Shown here: piece after piece, positions 20,056 through 28,869 of the stretch
Position numbering within the stretch: the stretch's first letter is position 1
Layout of the letters: every line of letters begins with the position of its first letter
IMG/VR virus record: IMGVR_UViG_3300005077_000012
Coordinates: 23,220 to 87,219 of that record
Origin: a virus
Lineage: Duplodnaviria; Caudoviricetes
DNA length: 64,000 nucleotides
Reading direction: 5' to 3' (one strand)
The notes under the pieces: generated by a model
Databases searched by the model: none
What the model saw: only the letters and a program-made list of their open reading frames with translations
Told to the model about the DNA's origin: nothing
Made by a program: the position numbers and the translations under genes

Positions 20056-20982
20056 CTATGCCAGCTCGTCGAGTGTGCTCACCGTCAGTGCCGCTTCGCT
20101 CGCCATGCTGATGTGATCGTTGAACGCCGCCTTGATGGCCGCCGCCAGCGTCACGGACGTCGCAAGTGTGGTCGCCGCCGCAGCGGTGACCTTCATGCTG
20201 TCATCCTTGACGTAGTGCGATGTCAACAGGATCATGTGCGCGTTCAGGTCCGCCTTGAGCTCGGTCAGATACGCGTTCACGACGGTCTGTACCGATCCAA
20301 CGGCCCCTGCAGTAACCGCATTTGTTGAGTCTGCGCCACCGTGGACGGAGCCTGCAGTCAGAACGCGGTGCGCTGCGTACTTCGTCTTCAGATCGTCCGC
20401 CATTGCCTGTATCTGCGACCATGTTGCCGCCGATGTGAGATCGGCCAGCACACACGGGTTCGTCGTGTCCGCAGCACCGTGGCAGCTTGTCACGTTCGCG
20501 CAGTGCAGATTGAACATCGTCTTGATATCATTCAAGAGAGTAATCGCAGTCGCTTTGTTTGACACTGCCGCTGCAGTCACCGTATTCGCATCGCCGCTTC
20601 CGGCGTGAACCGATCCCGACGTAAATACGTGGTGCGCATTGTACTGAGTCTTCAGATCGTCCGCGAGGGCCTTAACCTTCGCGTACGTCGTTGTCGCCGT
20701 CAGCGTGTTCGTCGTGTCTGCGGCTGAGTGGTACGTGGTCGACCCTATGTGTGCAACATAGGCAACATCGAGCGCGTGTTCCAGATCAGCCACATCATCG
20801 AGGTCATCATCAGCAGGATCAGCGACAGTCACTGTGTTCACACTGTCACTGACCTTGTGCGGATTCTCGCCGACGAATACGGTTTCTGACAGGGCGTTGA
20901 CGGCTGAAATCAGCTCGTCAAGGATAGGGATCAACGCTTGCGTCAGCGAGTTCCCCATTGTAAGCCTGTCTCGTAAACTCAT
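20056..20982 (-). CDS. His-pair repeat protein (putative capsid decoration), paralog 1
   Basis: About 6 of the same repeats; immediately downstream of the major capsid gene with strong RBS AAGGAGG. Confidence 0.7.
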   Translation of the reverse strand: MSLRDRLTMGNSLTQALIPILDELISAVNALSETVFVGENPHKVSDSVNTVTVADPADDDLDDVADLEHALDVAYVAHIGSTTYHSAADTTNTLTATTTYAKVKALADDLKTQYNAHHVFTSGSVHAGSGDANTVTAAAVSNKATAITLLNDIKTMFNLHCANVTSCHGAADTTNPCVLADLTSAATWSQIQAMADDLKTKYAAHRVLTAGSVHGGADSTNAVTAGAVGSVQTVVNAYLTELKADLNAHMILLTSHYVKDDSMKVTAAAATTLATSVTLAAAIKAAFNDHISMASEAALTVSTLDELA

Positions 20983-21015
20983 CGTGTTCCTCCTTCGTTA
21001 TTTTTTATCGGATGG

Positions 21016-22401
21016 TTAGAACCAGCCGAGAGTCGAAGGAGCAACGTTCTTAATCCTGATGTGCTGCACGCCCTTCTTCACTGCCATTGTCCCGAAGAGA
21101 AGCATGAGGAACGGATACACGGCCGCGTTGGTCGGGTACAGATCGAACTTCATCATCGGAAGGAACTGCGCCCACTCGATCGCGTCGTACATCGGGTCCA
21201 TCGTCAGCATGAACACATCCGAACATCCCGGAAGGTTGCTGTTGTAGTCGTAGACGTCTCCGGTGGTTGCCGGAGCTGCCGTGGTAAACGCGTACCGGAC
21301 AGTCGCACCAGTCACGCCACCCTTGATCGACCGATAAATCTTGATACCAGTCGATGCCGGGGAACCGTTGGTAATGTTGAAGATGACGCGATCGCCAGCA
21401 GCAACCCCAGTCACGATCTGCTCGGCAGTCGCCGTACCATCACCGTACTTGTTGACGCCGACGAGCTTGTACACATAGTCGCCAGCGTCAGTCGACGCAA
21501 ACTCAGAGCTTGCGTGTGTGGTATGAGTCACCGAGTTGACTGTGAGGGCACCGGGCCTGCTTGCGGTAATCGACGACGCTGAGGGAGTTGATCCTTCAGC
21601 AATGAAGATGTCCGCGCGGAGCTTCGGGGTACCGAACGGAGTCGGATAATCCTCGAATACGGTGCTACCCGCGTTTGCGCTCCCGGGAGTAAACCGGATG
21701 CGGTCCCTGAGCATCCTTTGAACGTCTGCCATGACCATTGTCGAGCAGAAGAGATCGGTCACCTTACCGAATGACTCGCGGATGTTCCGGGCACCGAGCT
21801 CGATCTTGTTGACGAAGTCCGCGCTGGTGGCGTCCTTGCCTCTGAGGTCGAGAACGTTGGTTGACGGTATCTGAGCGATCAGACCGTCAGGCTGCTCGGC
21901 AACGATTGAGCTGTCCCCGTAAAACAGGGCCTTCTCAAGGTTCCGAATGATCCAGAGCGCGCCTGCGTTTTTCTCCAGAGCCATCGCGTCTTCGATCATG
22001 TTCGAGACGCTGGCCTGCAGCGTAACCTTCCTGAGAGTCTGAAGGTACTTCGCAGTCGCATACGCGCGGGCGATCGTCTGTTCGCCTTCGATTGAGTCGC
22101 CACCTTCAGCAACCCACGCGCCGTCGTTTGCACCGACGTCGGTGCGCTTGTCCCACTGGTGGACCGGCGACTTGATCGGTTGTTTTTTGAGTCTCTGAAA
22201 GAGAACCGCGTCTTCCTGTGAGTGCAGGACGTTGACAAGAGTCGAGTCCAGACTCTCAGGGATGAGTGCCCGGCCACCGGTGAACGCCGCAGCGTCAACA
22301 CCGGAACCAGCAGAGAGGGCCTTGCTGAGGTAATCCAGAGTCTCCTCATTCGCCCGGGAAAAACCCTCGTAGCCGAGGTCTAATTGATTGAGAATATCCA
22401 T
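21016..22401 (-). CDS. Major capsid protein (Herelleviridae/Twort-K-like)
   Basis: 461 aa; propeptide ending LSKA followed by LSAGSG...GGRAL.PESLD, ...AKYL...RKV..., KNA..WI...LEKALFYGD..., C-terminal MPMMK.DL...LLFG...K; synteny protease-scaffold-capsid. Confidence 0.9.
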   Translation of the reverse strand: MDILNQLDLGYEGFSRANEETLDYLSKALSAGSGVDAAAFTGGRALIPESLDSTLVNVLHSQEDAVLFQRLKKQPIKSPVHQWDKRTDVGANDGAWVAEGGDSIEGEQTIARAYATAKYLQTLRKVTLQASVSNMIEDAMALEKNAGALWIIRNLEKALFYGDSSIVAEQPDGLIAQIPSTNVLDLRGKDATSADFVNKIELGARNIRESFGKVTDLFCSTMVMADVQRMLRDRIRFTPGSANAGSTVFEDYPTPFGTPKLRADIFIAEGSTPSASSITASRPGALTVNSVTHTTHASSEFASTDAGDYVYKLVGVNKYGDGTATAEQIVTGVAAGDRVIFNITNGSPASTGIKIYRSIKGGVTGATVRYAFTTAAPATTGDVYDYNSNLPGCSDVFMLTMDPMYDAIEWAQFLPMMKFDLYPTNAAVYPFLMLLFGTMAVKKGVQHIRIKNVAPSTLGWF

Positions 22402-22420
22402 GTGTAAGCCTCCTGTTTAC

Positions 22421-23086
22421 TTACTGAACGCTCTTGATCAGGGCAACGTGCCGCTCATCAAGGGGTATGTTTTTATTGAGTCTGCCCTCGATCTTTGTGA
22501 CATCGAGAACGTCGAGCTTGCCTGCTTTGCAGAGCTTCATCGCTTTGTCGAGAATTTCGACACGGGACAGTGCGGAGGCCGCTTCCACAGCCTCAAACCT
22601 GTCACCGGACTTCCTGAGCACGGACCGTGACGGTACCGGCGCATCGCCGATCTTCTCAACGGTGTCCCGGACGGCCTTCTGCATCTCGGCAGACGCCACC
22701 GCGAACTGGACCTGCGCCTTGCTCAGAGCCGCAACGTCCTTAATGCTTTTCTGCATGGTGCTCACTGCCGCGTTCACCGCAGCGAACTTCTCGTCGATCC
22801 CCTTCACCAGTGATCTCAGGAAGGGCTCGATATCCATCGCGGCACCCGCATCTGCATCGTCCTCAGCGACAAACTCTTCGAGAGACTTCATGGTCGGCTT
22901 CTTGCCGTCCTCTTCGTCATCCTCATCGCCTTCTGCTTCCTCTTCTTCGCCGGGGAATTCGTTCGCTTCCTCGTCGTCCTTTTTCGCCTTCTGGAACGAG
23001 TTGAGAGTAGTCTTCAGCGACTCCAAAGAGTCATTGAAGGACTTCTCCATATCCTCAAATCCAACGGCTTCTAATGCCTTTGTCAT
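22421..23086 (-). CDS. Putative scaffold protein
   Basis: Acidic, helical 221-aa protein between protease and capsid genes; 11 [LMF]-x-K-[ASG] motifs. Confidence 0.65.
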   Translation of the reverse strand: MTKALEAVGFEDMEKSFNDSLESLKTTLNSFQKAKKDDEEANEFPGEEEEAEGDEDDEEDGKKPTMKSLEEFVAEDDADAGAAMDIEPFLRSLVKGIDEKFAAVNAAVSTMQKSIKDVAALSKAQVQFAVASAEMQKAVRDTVEKIGDAPVPSRSVLRKSGDRFEAVEAASALSRVEILDKAMKLCKAGKLDVLDVTKIEGRLNKNIPLDERHVALIKSVQ

Positions 23087-23088
23087 TG

Positions 23089-23934
23089 CTATCCTCCAAA
23101 ATAATTTTGTATTGTAGGCAATTTTCTTGTGATATATTGTATCAGCTCTGCTGATATGTTCGACGGGTACCCCCGGGACAGGATGAACTCCATCACGTCG
23201 TTATACGACTTGACCTTCCCGCTGGTGATCGCCGCCAGTAACGCGTCAAACACCCGACGGAGCTCCCCGTACGGGATCGAGTAGCCCTGCGCGTTGAACG
23301 TATCGCTCAGCTCCGATCCCTGTAAACTCTCCGGGGTCAACGCGCGCCCCCCGGTAAACGCCTCCGCATTGACCCCATCGCCTGCCATGAGGGCCTTCGC
23401 GAACTGCGCGAACGGGATGATCGAAACATGACCGAGCGTGCCGTCATTGACCGGCTTGTGTGTGATCGCGGTCTCATCCCAGATCACACGCATTATCATC
23501 CCCTTGACACCACCGGCGGACCCCTTCACTTTTTGGATTATTCCGCCGCCCACCGACGCACCGAGCTTCTTCGCCCCGGACAGGATATTCTGCCAGAGAC
23601 CCTGCGAAATCTTGTTCTCTTTATACAGGAACCCTTTTACCAGTGTTTCATTCCGGTCCGTAAATGCGACGTCACTCGGCTCGCCTATGATGTATTGAGG
23701 ATCGTGAATCTGCTTGTGCTTGTGGTCCCACGACAGGACGCCGTGTGTCAGATAGTAATCTGCCGCCTCCTTCAGGGCTTTACAGAAAACCACCTCAGAG
23801 TCCTGATCACGACTCTCATTCGACGCCTGCAGGTACACGTTCCACTTGCCGTCCTCCTCGACACCCTTAACAAGGGCCGACGCAAACGGAGAGTAAAACT
23901 GATCGCCACCCGCTGCCTGTATTGTCCTGCTCAT
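23089..23934 (-). CDS. Prohead protease
   Basis: AS.E.RD.D.EVV....L......G.L.WDH (catalytic His) and LG.SVGG (catalytic Ser) motifs, AITHKPVN; position upstream of capsid gene. Confidence 0.85.
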   Translation of the reverse strand: MSRTIQAAGGDQFYSPFASALVKGVEEDGKWNVYLQASNESRDQDSEVVFCKALKEAADYYLTHGVLSWDHKHKQIHDPQYIIGEPSDVAFTDRNETLVKGFLYKENKISQGLWQNILSGAKKLGASVGGGIIQKVKGSAGGVKGMIMRVIWDETAITHKPVNDGTLGHVSIIPFAQFAKALMAGDGVNAEAFTGGRALTPESLQGSELSDTFNAQGYSIPYGELRRVFDALLAAITSGKVKSYNDVMEFILSRGYPSNISAELIQYITRKLPTIQNYFGG

Positions 23935-23954
23935 TGCACCCCCTTAAAACAAAA

Positions 23955-24030
23955 GACCCTGAGCTCCGATAATGATTGAGGCCGCCGCTATGCGGTCCAC
24001 CTCAGTCACGCCCGGGGCTCAGGGCCCTCT
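23955..24030 (-). promoter_or_regulatory. Structured RNA leader (nested hairpin) upstream of the prohead protease
   Basis: Minus-strand pairing: outer GGCCCTGAGCCCCG/CGGAGCTCAGGGTC, middle TGACTGAGG/CCTCAATCA, inner CCGC-ATA-GCGG. Confidence 0.55.
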
Positions 24031-24044
24031 CCGTGTATCCGTTG

Positions 24045-24227
24045 TCACAGTCCCCGATGGAGCTTGCCGCACCGGCGGCACTTCACCTCGATGATAGACC
24101 CTGACGACTTATAAAGAACCTTGTACAATAAGGCCCCGCAGTCGGGACAATTCACATCATCCGTATCGGGGCGTCTTACAACTAACTTGTGCTTAATATA
24201 GCCAACTTCCCGTTGTTTGTCAACCAC
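24045..24227 (-). CDS. Mu Com-like zinc-ribbon protein
   Basis: CPDCGALLYKV...IEVKCRRCGK; probable GTG start at 24227 with GAGGT RBS. Confidence 0.55.
   Translation of the reverse strand: MVDKQREVGYIKHKLVVRRPDTDDVNCPDCGALLYKVLYKSSGSIIEVKCRRCGKLHRGL
24195..24223 (-). promoter_or_regulatory. sigma70-like promoter for the protease/capsid operon
   Basis: TTGACA-N17-TATATT on the minus strand. Confidence 0.6.
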
Positions 24228-24228
24228 T

Positions 24229-24687
24229 TTATTCGACCTCGGACTGTAACGCATCCGAGACAGCGTCTGCAAAATTCCTCGAAACGCCCTCCAGCTCCTC
24301 GACCGCAGCCTCAAGATCGGCCTCGGCCTGCGCCTCGATCGGGGCCGTCAGGTGCTCGGGAATACCGAGGTCCTTCGGCTCCGTCAGGTCAGAGGTCCCC
24401 TTCAACATCCCGTCAACCTCCTCCCGGGTCTTCAGCCCGAGACGGACGGCCGCATACTTACTCCACTTCTCAGAATTCGCCGGGTCGTAGAAAACAACCG
24501 TCAGCGATCGCGACCCGTCATCGAAGTAACACTCCACGCCATTCCCGTACGAGTCAGACTTGAAATACGGACAGGCCCCGCACTCCACGTTCAAAAACTC
24601 TTGTGTCAACTTGACGATCTTGTCGACATGGAAGCAGTACACCTGCCCCGACGCATCCGCCAGATTGATATGGTTCGTCCTTGCCAT
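24229..24687 (-). CDS. Hypothetical protein with Cys motifs
   Basis: 152 aa, GGGAGGA RBS, CGACPYF...ECY. Confidence 0.65.
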   Translation of the reverse strand: MARTNHINLADASGQVYCFHVDKIVKLTQEFLNVECGACPYFKSDSYGNGVECYFDDGSRSLTVVFYDPANSEKWSKYAAVRLGLKTREEVDGMLKGTSDLTEPKDLGIPEHLTAPIEAQAEADLEAAVEELEGVSRNFADAVSDALQSEVE

Positions 24688-24698
24688 TGTAGTCCTCC

Positions 24699-27590
24699 CT
24701 ACTTAAACGATACGTCGACCCACGCCACCGGCACGATCGCCTTCGGGTTGCGCACACACCACTCATCATGCTGCAGCGGATTGCCGACCCCCGTATAACT
24801 CATAGACATCCCCTTCTTCCCGTATATTGTATCCCACTGAGAATCGTCCCGCTCACGGACGTGATCCCCGGGAGAGACTTTCCCCATCGACGTCCGGCAC
24901 TGGAGCATAACCCCGGAACCGCTCCGGGAGAATGTCCCGGCCACGTACTGCGCGCTCTTCGAGCTCGACTTCGCGAAGTAGATACCATCCCCGAGCAGAC
25001 GCCCGTTCTTCGCCGAACCGACCCGCATCCCGCCTTTAATGATACTGGCCCCGGCCTGAAAGTCCGTTCCGTGGTACAGGTACTGCTGATTGTCCTTTGC
25101 GTTCTCAATCGCTTTGTAGTCCCCGTAATAGTCGTGGTACATGACCTCCATGACCGCATTGACCTGCAACCGGTCTGAACTGTACCCGGACGACTGGTGA
25201 CTCCAGTCCGCCTTGATCTTGTCCATCCACTCCTTCTTCCCGGAGTCGCCCTTCCCTTTCAGGACGATCGTCGGCATGGTCCGGTTCCCCTTCGTCTTCA
25301 TTCCCATACTGATCGCGAGCTGTTCGGTTCTGATACCCTTGATCGCCGTGTGGTAGGCGTCTGACCCCAGCATGAGCTGATCCTTCTTCACTGGATTGTT
25401 CGGTGCGTGCGGTTTCAGACGACCCCAGCTCCACTCCGGGATAACCCGGGACTTCTTCGCCAGAGACCGCACGTTCCAGTTTGCACCGACCGCATACATC
25501 AGACTGGCCGCAGCAACGCCCTGAACGTACTGTGCATTGTACCGGTGATACTCAGACACTGACGCAACCGTCGTGTGGAACTTTCCCCGCAACAGGTTTT
25601 TTCTTACCGACTCATCGGTCTTCCCGAACTCTATCGCCGTACCAGACCGGTCCTTCTTCCACCCACCATACCCCTTGCTCGACGAACGCCACCGCCGCGT
25701 CGACGGACGAACGGCAGTGCTCATCTTCTTACCCATGTAATACTTGACAAGGCCCATTGACCCCGGCATCGCGTCGCCGTAATCCTTGAACCGGACATCA
25801 AAATTCACGACCGAGTTTGAGTACCGTCGATCGCTATCCCGCACCGCGCCGGTACATATTCGCTCCAACCCATTATCCAAATCTACCAGAGAGTACATCT
25901 CCAGAGACATAGCATCTCGATACGGTGTAAACAAGTTCTTCACCGCCTGCATGGTAGACTTCTCGTTGATTGGATACTTCCCCAACGTCCTGCCCGCATC
26001 GATGATCGAGTCAAAATACTCCATCCCTTTCCCTACATATCCACCGGTATTCGGATAGGAGACGTTGATCCCGTTATTCCACTTCACGGTCTTCGCGCGC
26101 ATCATACTCTTCAGATCGTTCGCAATATCACGCCACGTTGCCTCAGGGTTCAGATGCACCTTTTTACTAACCCCGTTACCCCGCGCGACCGCTCCGAGCT
26201 CAACGTAGTCCCGTGACTGCAACCACGAATCTACGGAGTACGCCGAGTCCGGGACAACCACATACTTCTGCAGGAACGCACTGATCGCCGGGTACTTCTT
26301 CCGAAGGGACTCCCCGGCAGCCTTCAGATCGTCATAACTGTACTGCTTCACCGGACCCGAATACGATGACCCAGACCATCCCGTATTCGCCACCTTCCCG
26401 TACTTCTCAAGCCACGGTTTGATAACCTTCTCACCATAGTCCGGATGCAATGCGCCCATTACAAAAGACGTGTACGTTTCAGAATCCCAATGCTGGTGTG
26501 AATTATAAACAACATCATCGATACCCAGCACCGTAAAAAACTCTTGTACCTTCGACGGCAGGTCCTTGTAAACGTCCCTCCAACGCTCGGTCACAGCAAG
26601 CAACTCCGCTCCCGGAATGATCGTGGAGACCAGTGCCCCCGGGAGCCGGTCAAGACTCTGCGTCCCCCGCAGAGAATAATCCAGCTCGCCCAGCTTCTCC
26701 AGCAGGCGCTTGTCATTTTCTTGCGCCTTCAGCAGGTTGATCCACCGCTGTGCAACCACCTGCGACTCCTCAACCTCACGATCAACGGCCGCATCGATAG
26801 CGCCCTGATTATATCCGTACCAGTTCTTCTGGACATACTCCGTAACGCGCTTCTTGTATGCTGCGGTCTTCGCCTCCGCCAGAAACTCCTCCATCTTCGC
26901 CTGCACCTCTTCGAGAAACAGCGGGTCCTCCAGCCACTTTCCATCGGAGCCCATCGGTATATCCGGGGCGATCTTCCCGAACTCGGTCTGCTGCTCCTTC
27001 GTCATCTTGAATATGTTGTCAAGGTTCTTCGACACATACTCCTCGGCCTCCTTGTTCAAGCAGAGCACACCCGTGATATCACACAGGTCCCGGGCATCAT
27101 CGCTGGCCTCACGCCAGTAGAGCTGGTGCTTCTTCGGTGCCTTGTCCAGCTCGGCGTCAGAGGGCCGATCGGAAGACACCGGGCTCGCCTGCCCGGACTT
27201 GCGCTTCTCTTCCTCCTCCTTCTTCTTTTTCTCCATGTTGTCTTTCATCTTGCCCAGACGTTTCTTGCGGGCCTGCTCGTCTTCGTATGCCTTGACGTCC
27301 GCAGGCGTGACCATGCCGTCGTACACCCACTTGCCGTTTGCGTCCTTCCGGACCCACTGCGCGTGCTTCGTCCCGAACCCGTGTATCTTCCGGGTCCCGA
27401 TCGGGAGCGGAGCCCCTTTCCGCAGCGTTTCGAGAAAAATTACAAGGCGCGCCTTACTTATCCCGGCCATGCGCTTGTATACTCCCATCACATAGGCGTA
27501 GTCGTCACCGCGCCCCTCCCGGGCGGCGGCCTCCTTTGCTTTCTCCCACTTCGCCTCGTCGACCGGCTTCCCGTGTATCTTCTTCGGCAT
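24699..27590 (-). CDS. Tagged large protein with C-terminal PARP-family ADP-ribosyltransferase domain
   Basis: Start MPKKIHG at 27590 after GGAGG; tag KGAPLPIGT...KDANGKW; C-terminal YLYHGT...GIYFAKSSSKSAQYV...HDEWCV (H-Y-E triad). Confidence 0.85.
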   Translation of the reverse strand: MPKKIHGKPVDEAKWEKAKEAAAREGRGDDYAYVMGVYKRMAGISKARLVIFLETLRKGAPLPIGTRKIHGFGTKHAQWVRKDANGKWVYDGMVTPADVKAYEDEQARKKRLGKMKDNMEKKKKEEEEKRKSGQASPVSSDRPSDAELDKAPKKHQLYWREASDDARDLCDITGVLCLNKEAEEYVSKNLDNIFKMTKEQQTEFGKIAPDIPMGSDGKWLEDPLFLEEVQAKMEEFLAEAKTAAYKKRVTEYVQKNWYGYNQGAIDAAVDREVEESQVVAQRWINLLKAQENDKRLLEKLGELDYSLRGTQSLDRLPGALVSTIIPGAELLAVTERWRDVYKDLPSKVQEFFTVLGIDDVVYNSHQHWDSETYTSFVMGALHPDYGEKVIKPWLEKYGKVANTGWSGSSYSGPVKQYSYDDLKAAGESLRKKYPAISAFLQKYVVVPDSAYSVDSWLQSRDYVELGAVARGNGVSKKVHLNPEATWRDIANDLKSMMRAKTVKWNNGINVSYPNTGGYVGKGMEYFDSIIDAGRTLGKYPINEKSTMQAVKNLFTPYRDAMSLEMYSLVDLDNGLERICTGAVRDSDRRYSNSVVNFDVRFKDYGDAMPGSMGLVKYYMGKKMSTAVRPSTRRWRSSSKGYGGWKKDRSGTAIEFGKTDESVRKNLLRGKFHTTVASVSEYHRYNAQYVQGVAAASLMYAVGANWNVRSLAKKSRVIPEWSWGRLKPHAPNNPVKKDQLMLGSDAYHTAIKGIRTEQLAISMGMKTKGNRTMPTIVLKGKGDSGKKEWMDKIKADWSHQSSGYSSDRLQVNAVMEVMYHDYYGDYKAIENAKDNQQYLYHGTDFQAGASIIKGGMRVGSAKNGRLLGDGIYFAKSSSKSAQYVAGTFSRSGSGVMLQCRTSMGKVSPGDHVRERDDSQWDTIYGKKGMSMSYTGVGNPLQHDEWCVRNPKAIVPVAWVDVSFK

Positions 27591-27615
27591 GGCTATACCC
27601 CTCCAGTAATCTTGA

Positions 27616-28749
27616 TCATGCGCCCGCCTGCTTTGCCATCGCAGCGTCGAGCATATCATAGTATTTCTTCATACCCGGCGTATACCGGGTCCATGTACAC
27701 CTGCAGTGCGGGTGTTGCGTCCCGGCAGCAACCCACCACTCCCGGGCCTTCCGTCCAAAATTGTTCTTACCCGGCCAGATCGCGGTATACCGGGTCCCGT
27801 CAACCTCTATCGTATCATCACCACCGGACGGGGCCGCATCCAGCAGCACCACGATCCGTCCGTTGATGTGTGTGGCACAGAACGTACAGGCCCCCGGCCC
27901 GGACACCCCACGCATGAACACGAACTCATCCGGAGACGTCACCTTCTCGGCCACCAGATACCCGTTATTAAAATTCGTCGCGGTCTCGGTCTCCGCGATC
28001 CTGCGCCAGTCCCGGTTGAGTGTTGAGAACGTATCGAACAGCTTCCGCTCGGTCTCCCGGGCCGTCAGGCGGTTCTTCTGCGCGTCCAGTATGGACGACA
28101 CCACCGCCCGGCGCGCGCTGTCCGATATATCCTGTATCAACTCCCCGGTATGCACTTCGGAGAAGTCCCTAATGTTCCGGTAGACCTCGTCGGCCGTCAG
28201 CTTCTTTACCTCGGCGTCGACAGCAGGTTTCAGGTCAGTATACGTCTTGCTGATCTGGTCCTCGACCGGCATCCCCTGTAATATCTTACCCAACGCCATC
28301 GCCCGAAGGACCAGAGACTGCTCGACCTCACCGAACAGGTACCCGAAAACACTGTCCAGATCGTGTGCAATCACCTCCCACTCCGCCCGGGTCAGGGCCT
28401 GCCCGGTCGACGGGTTTATGTACGTCGTCCCGTTCAGGATGAACGGATCATCCCCCACGGCCTTGCGAAATTCATCGAAATGGTCCCCCATCCCCTTCGC
28501 GACATCCAGCCTCAACCACTTCGTCGTAATCTCAGTCAGGACCCGCTGCAGCCCCGCCCGCACCTGATCCCGCAGAATATCGCTGAGCTCCTGCAGGGCC
28601 GGGTAGGGCGTCGGCTCGGTTTTCTCGGTATGGTTGTGTGCAACCTCGGCCGGGACCTTCAGGGCCTTCGACAGGGCCTCGACGACTGCCCGGAGCTTCT
28701 GCTCCGCCTTGTCTTCCGGATTGTGTATCTCAATTATGATCTTTTCCAT
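27616..28749 (-). CDS. MuF/SPP1 gp7-like minor head morphogenesis protein
   Basis: RDWRRIAETET..F..G, G.C.FC and terminal HPHCRC motifs of the MuF family; no C-terminal toxin extension. Confidence 0.85.
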   Translation of the reverse strand: MEKIIIEIHNPEDKAEQKLRAVVEALSKALKVPAEVAHNHTEKTEPTPYPALQELSDILRDQVRAGLQRVLTEITTKWLRLDVAKGMGDHFDEFRKAVGDDPFILNGTTYINPSTGQALTRAEWEVIAHDLDSVFGYLFGEVEQSLVLRAMALGKILQGMPVEDQISKTYTDLKPAVDAEVKKLTADEVYRNIRDFSEVHTGELIQDISDSARRAVVSSILDAQKNRLTARETERKLFDTFSTLNRDWRRIAETETATNFNNGYLVAEKVTSPDEFVFMRGVSGPGACTFCATHINGRIVVLLDAAPSGGDDTIEVDGTRYTAIWPGKNNFGRKAREWWVAAGTQHPHCRCTWTRYTPGMKKYYDMLDAAMAKQAGA

Positions 28750-28869
28750 AGCCCTCGTATTCGCTTCCAGAGGCCCTGTACGGGGCCCGCGCAGGCTCCG
28801 GGTAGGTTACCCCTCCCCGGGCAGATCGGACGCTGCCCCACGCAAAATAACGGCAGTAGCGGCCGACCC

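Noticed and set aside
18697-20982. Repeated DNA resembling a CRISPR array or DGR template/variable repeat
   Set aside because: Repeats are in-frame, degenerate at synonymous positions and lack unique spacers; no cas or reverse transcriptase gene in the window.
26544-27866. 440-aa plus-strand ORF (and the other plus-strand ORFs, e.g. 19315..20328, 30265..31218, 28363..29199)
   Set aside because: Shadows of well-supported minus-strand genes; no plus-strand RBS/promoter pattern and no operon structure.
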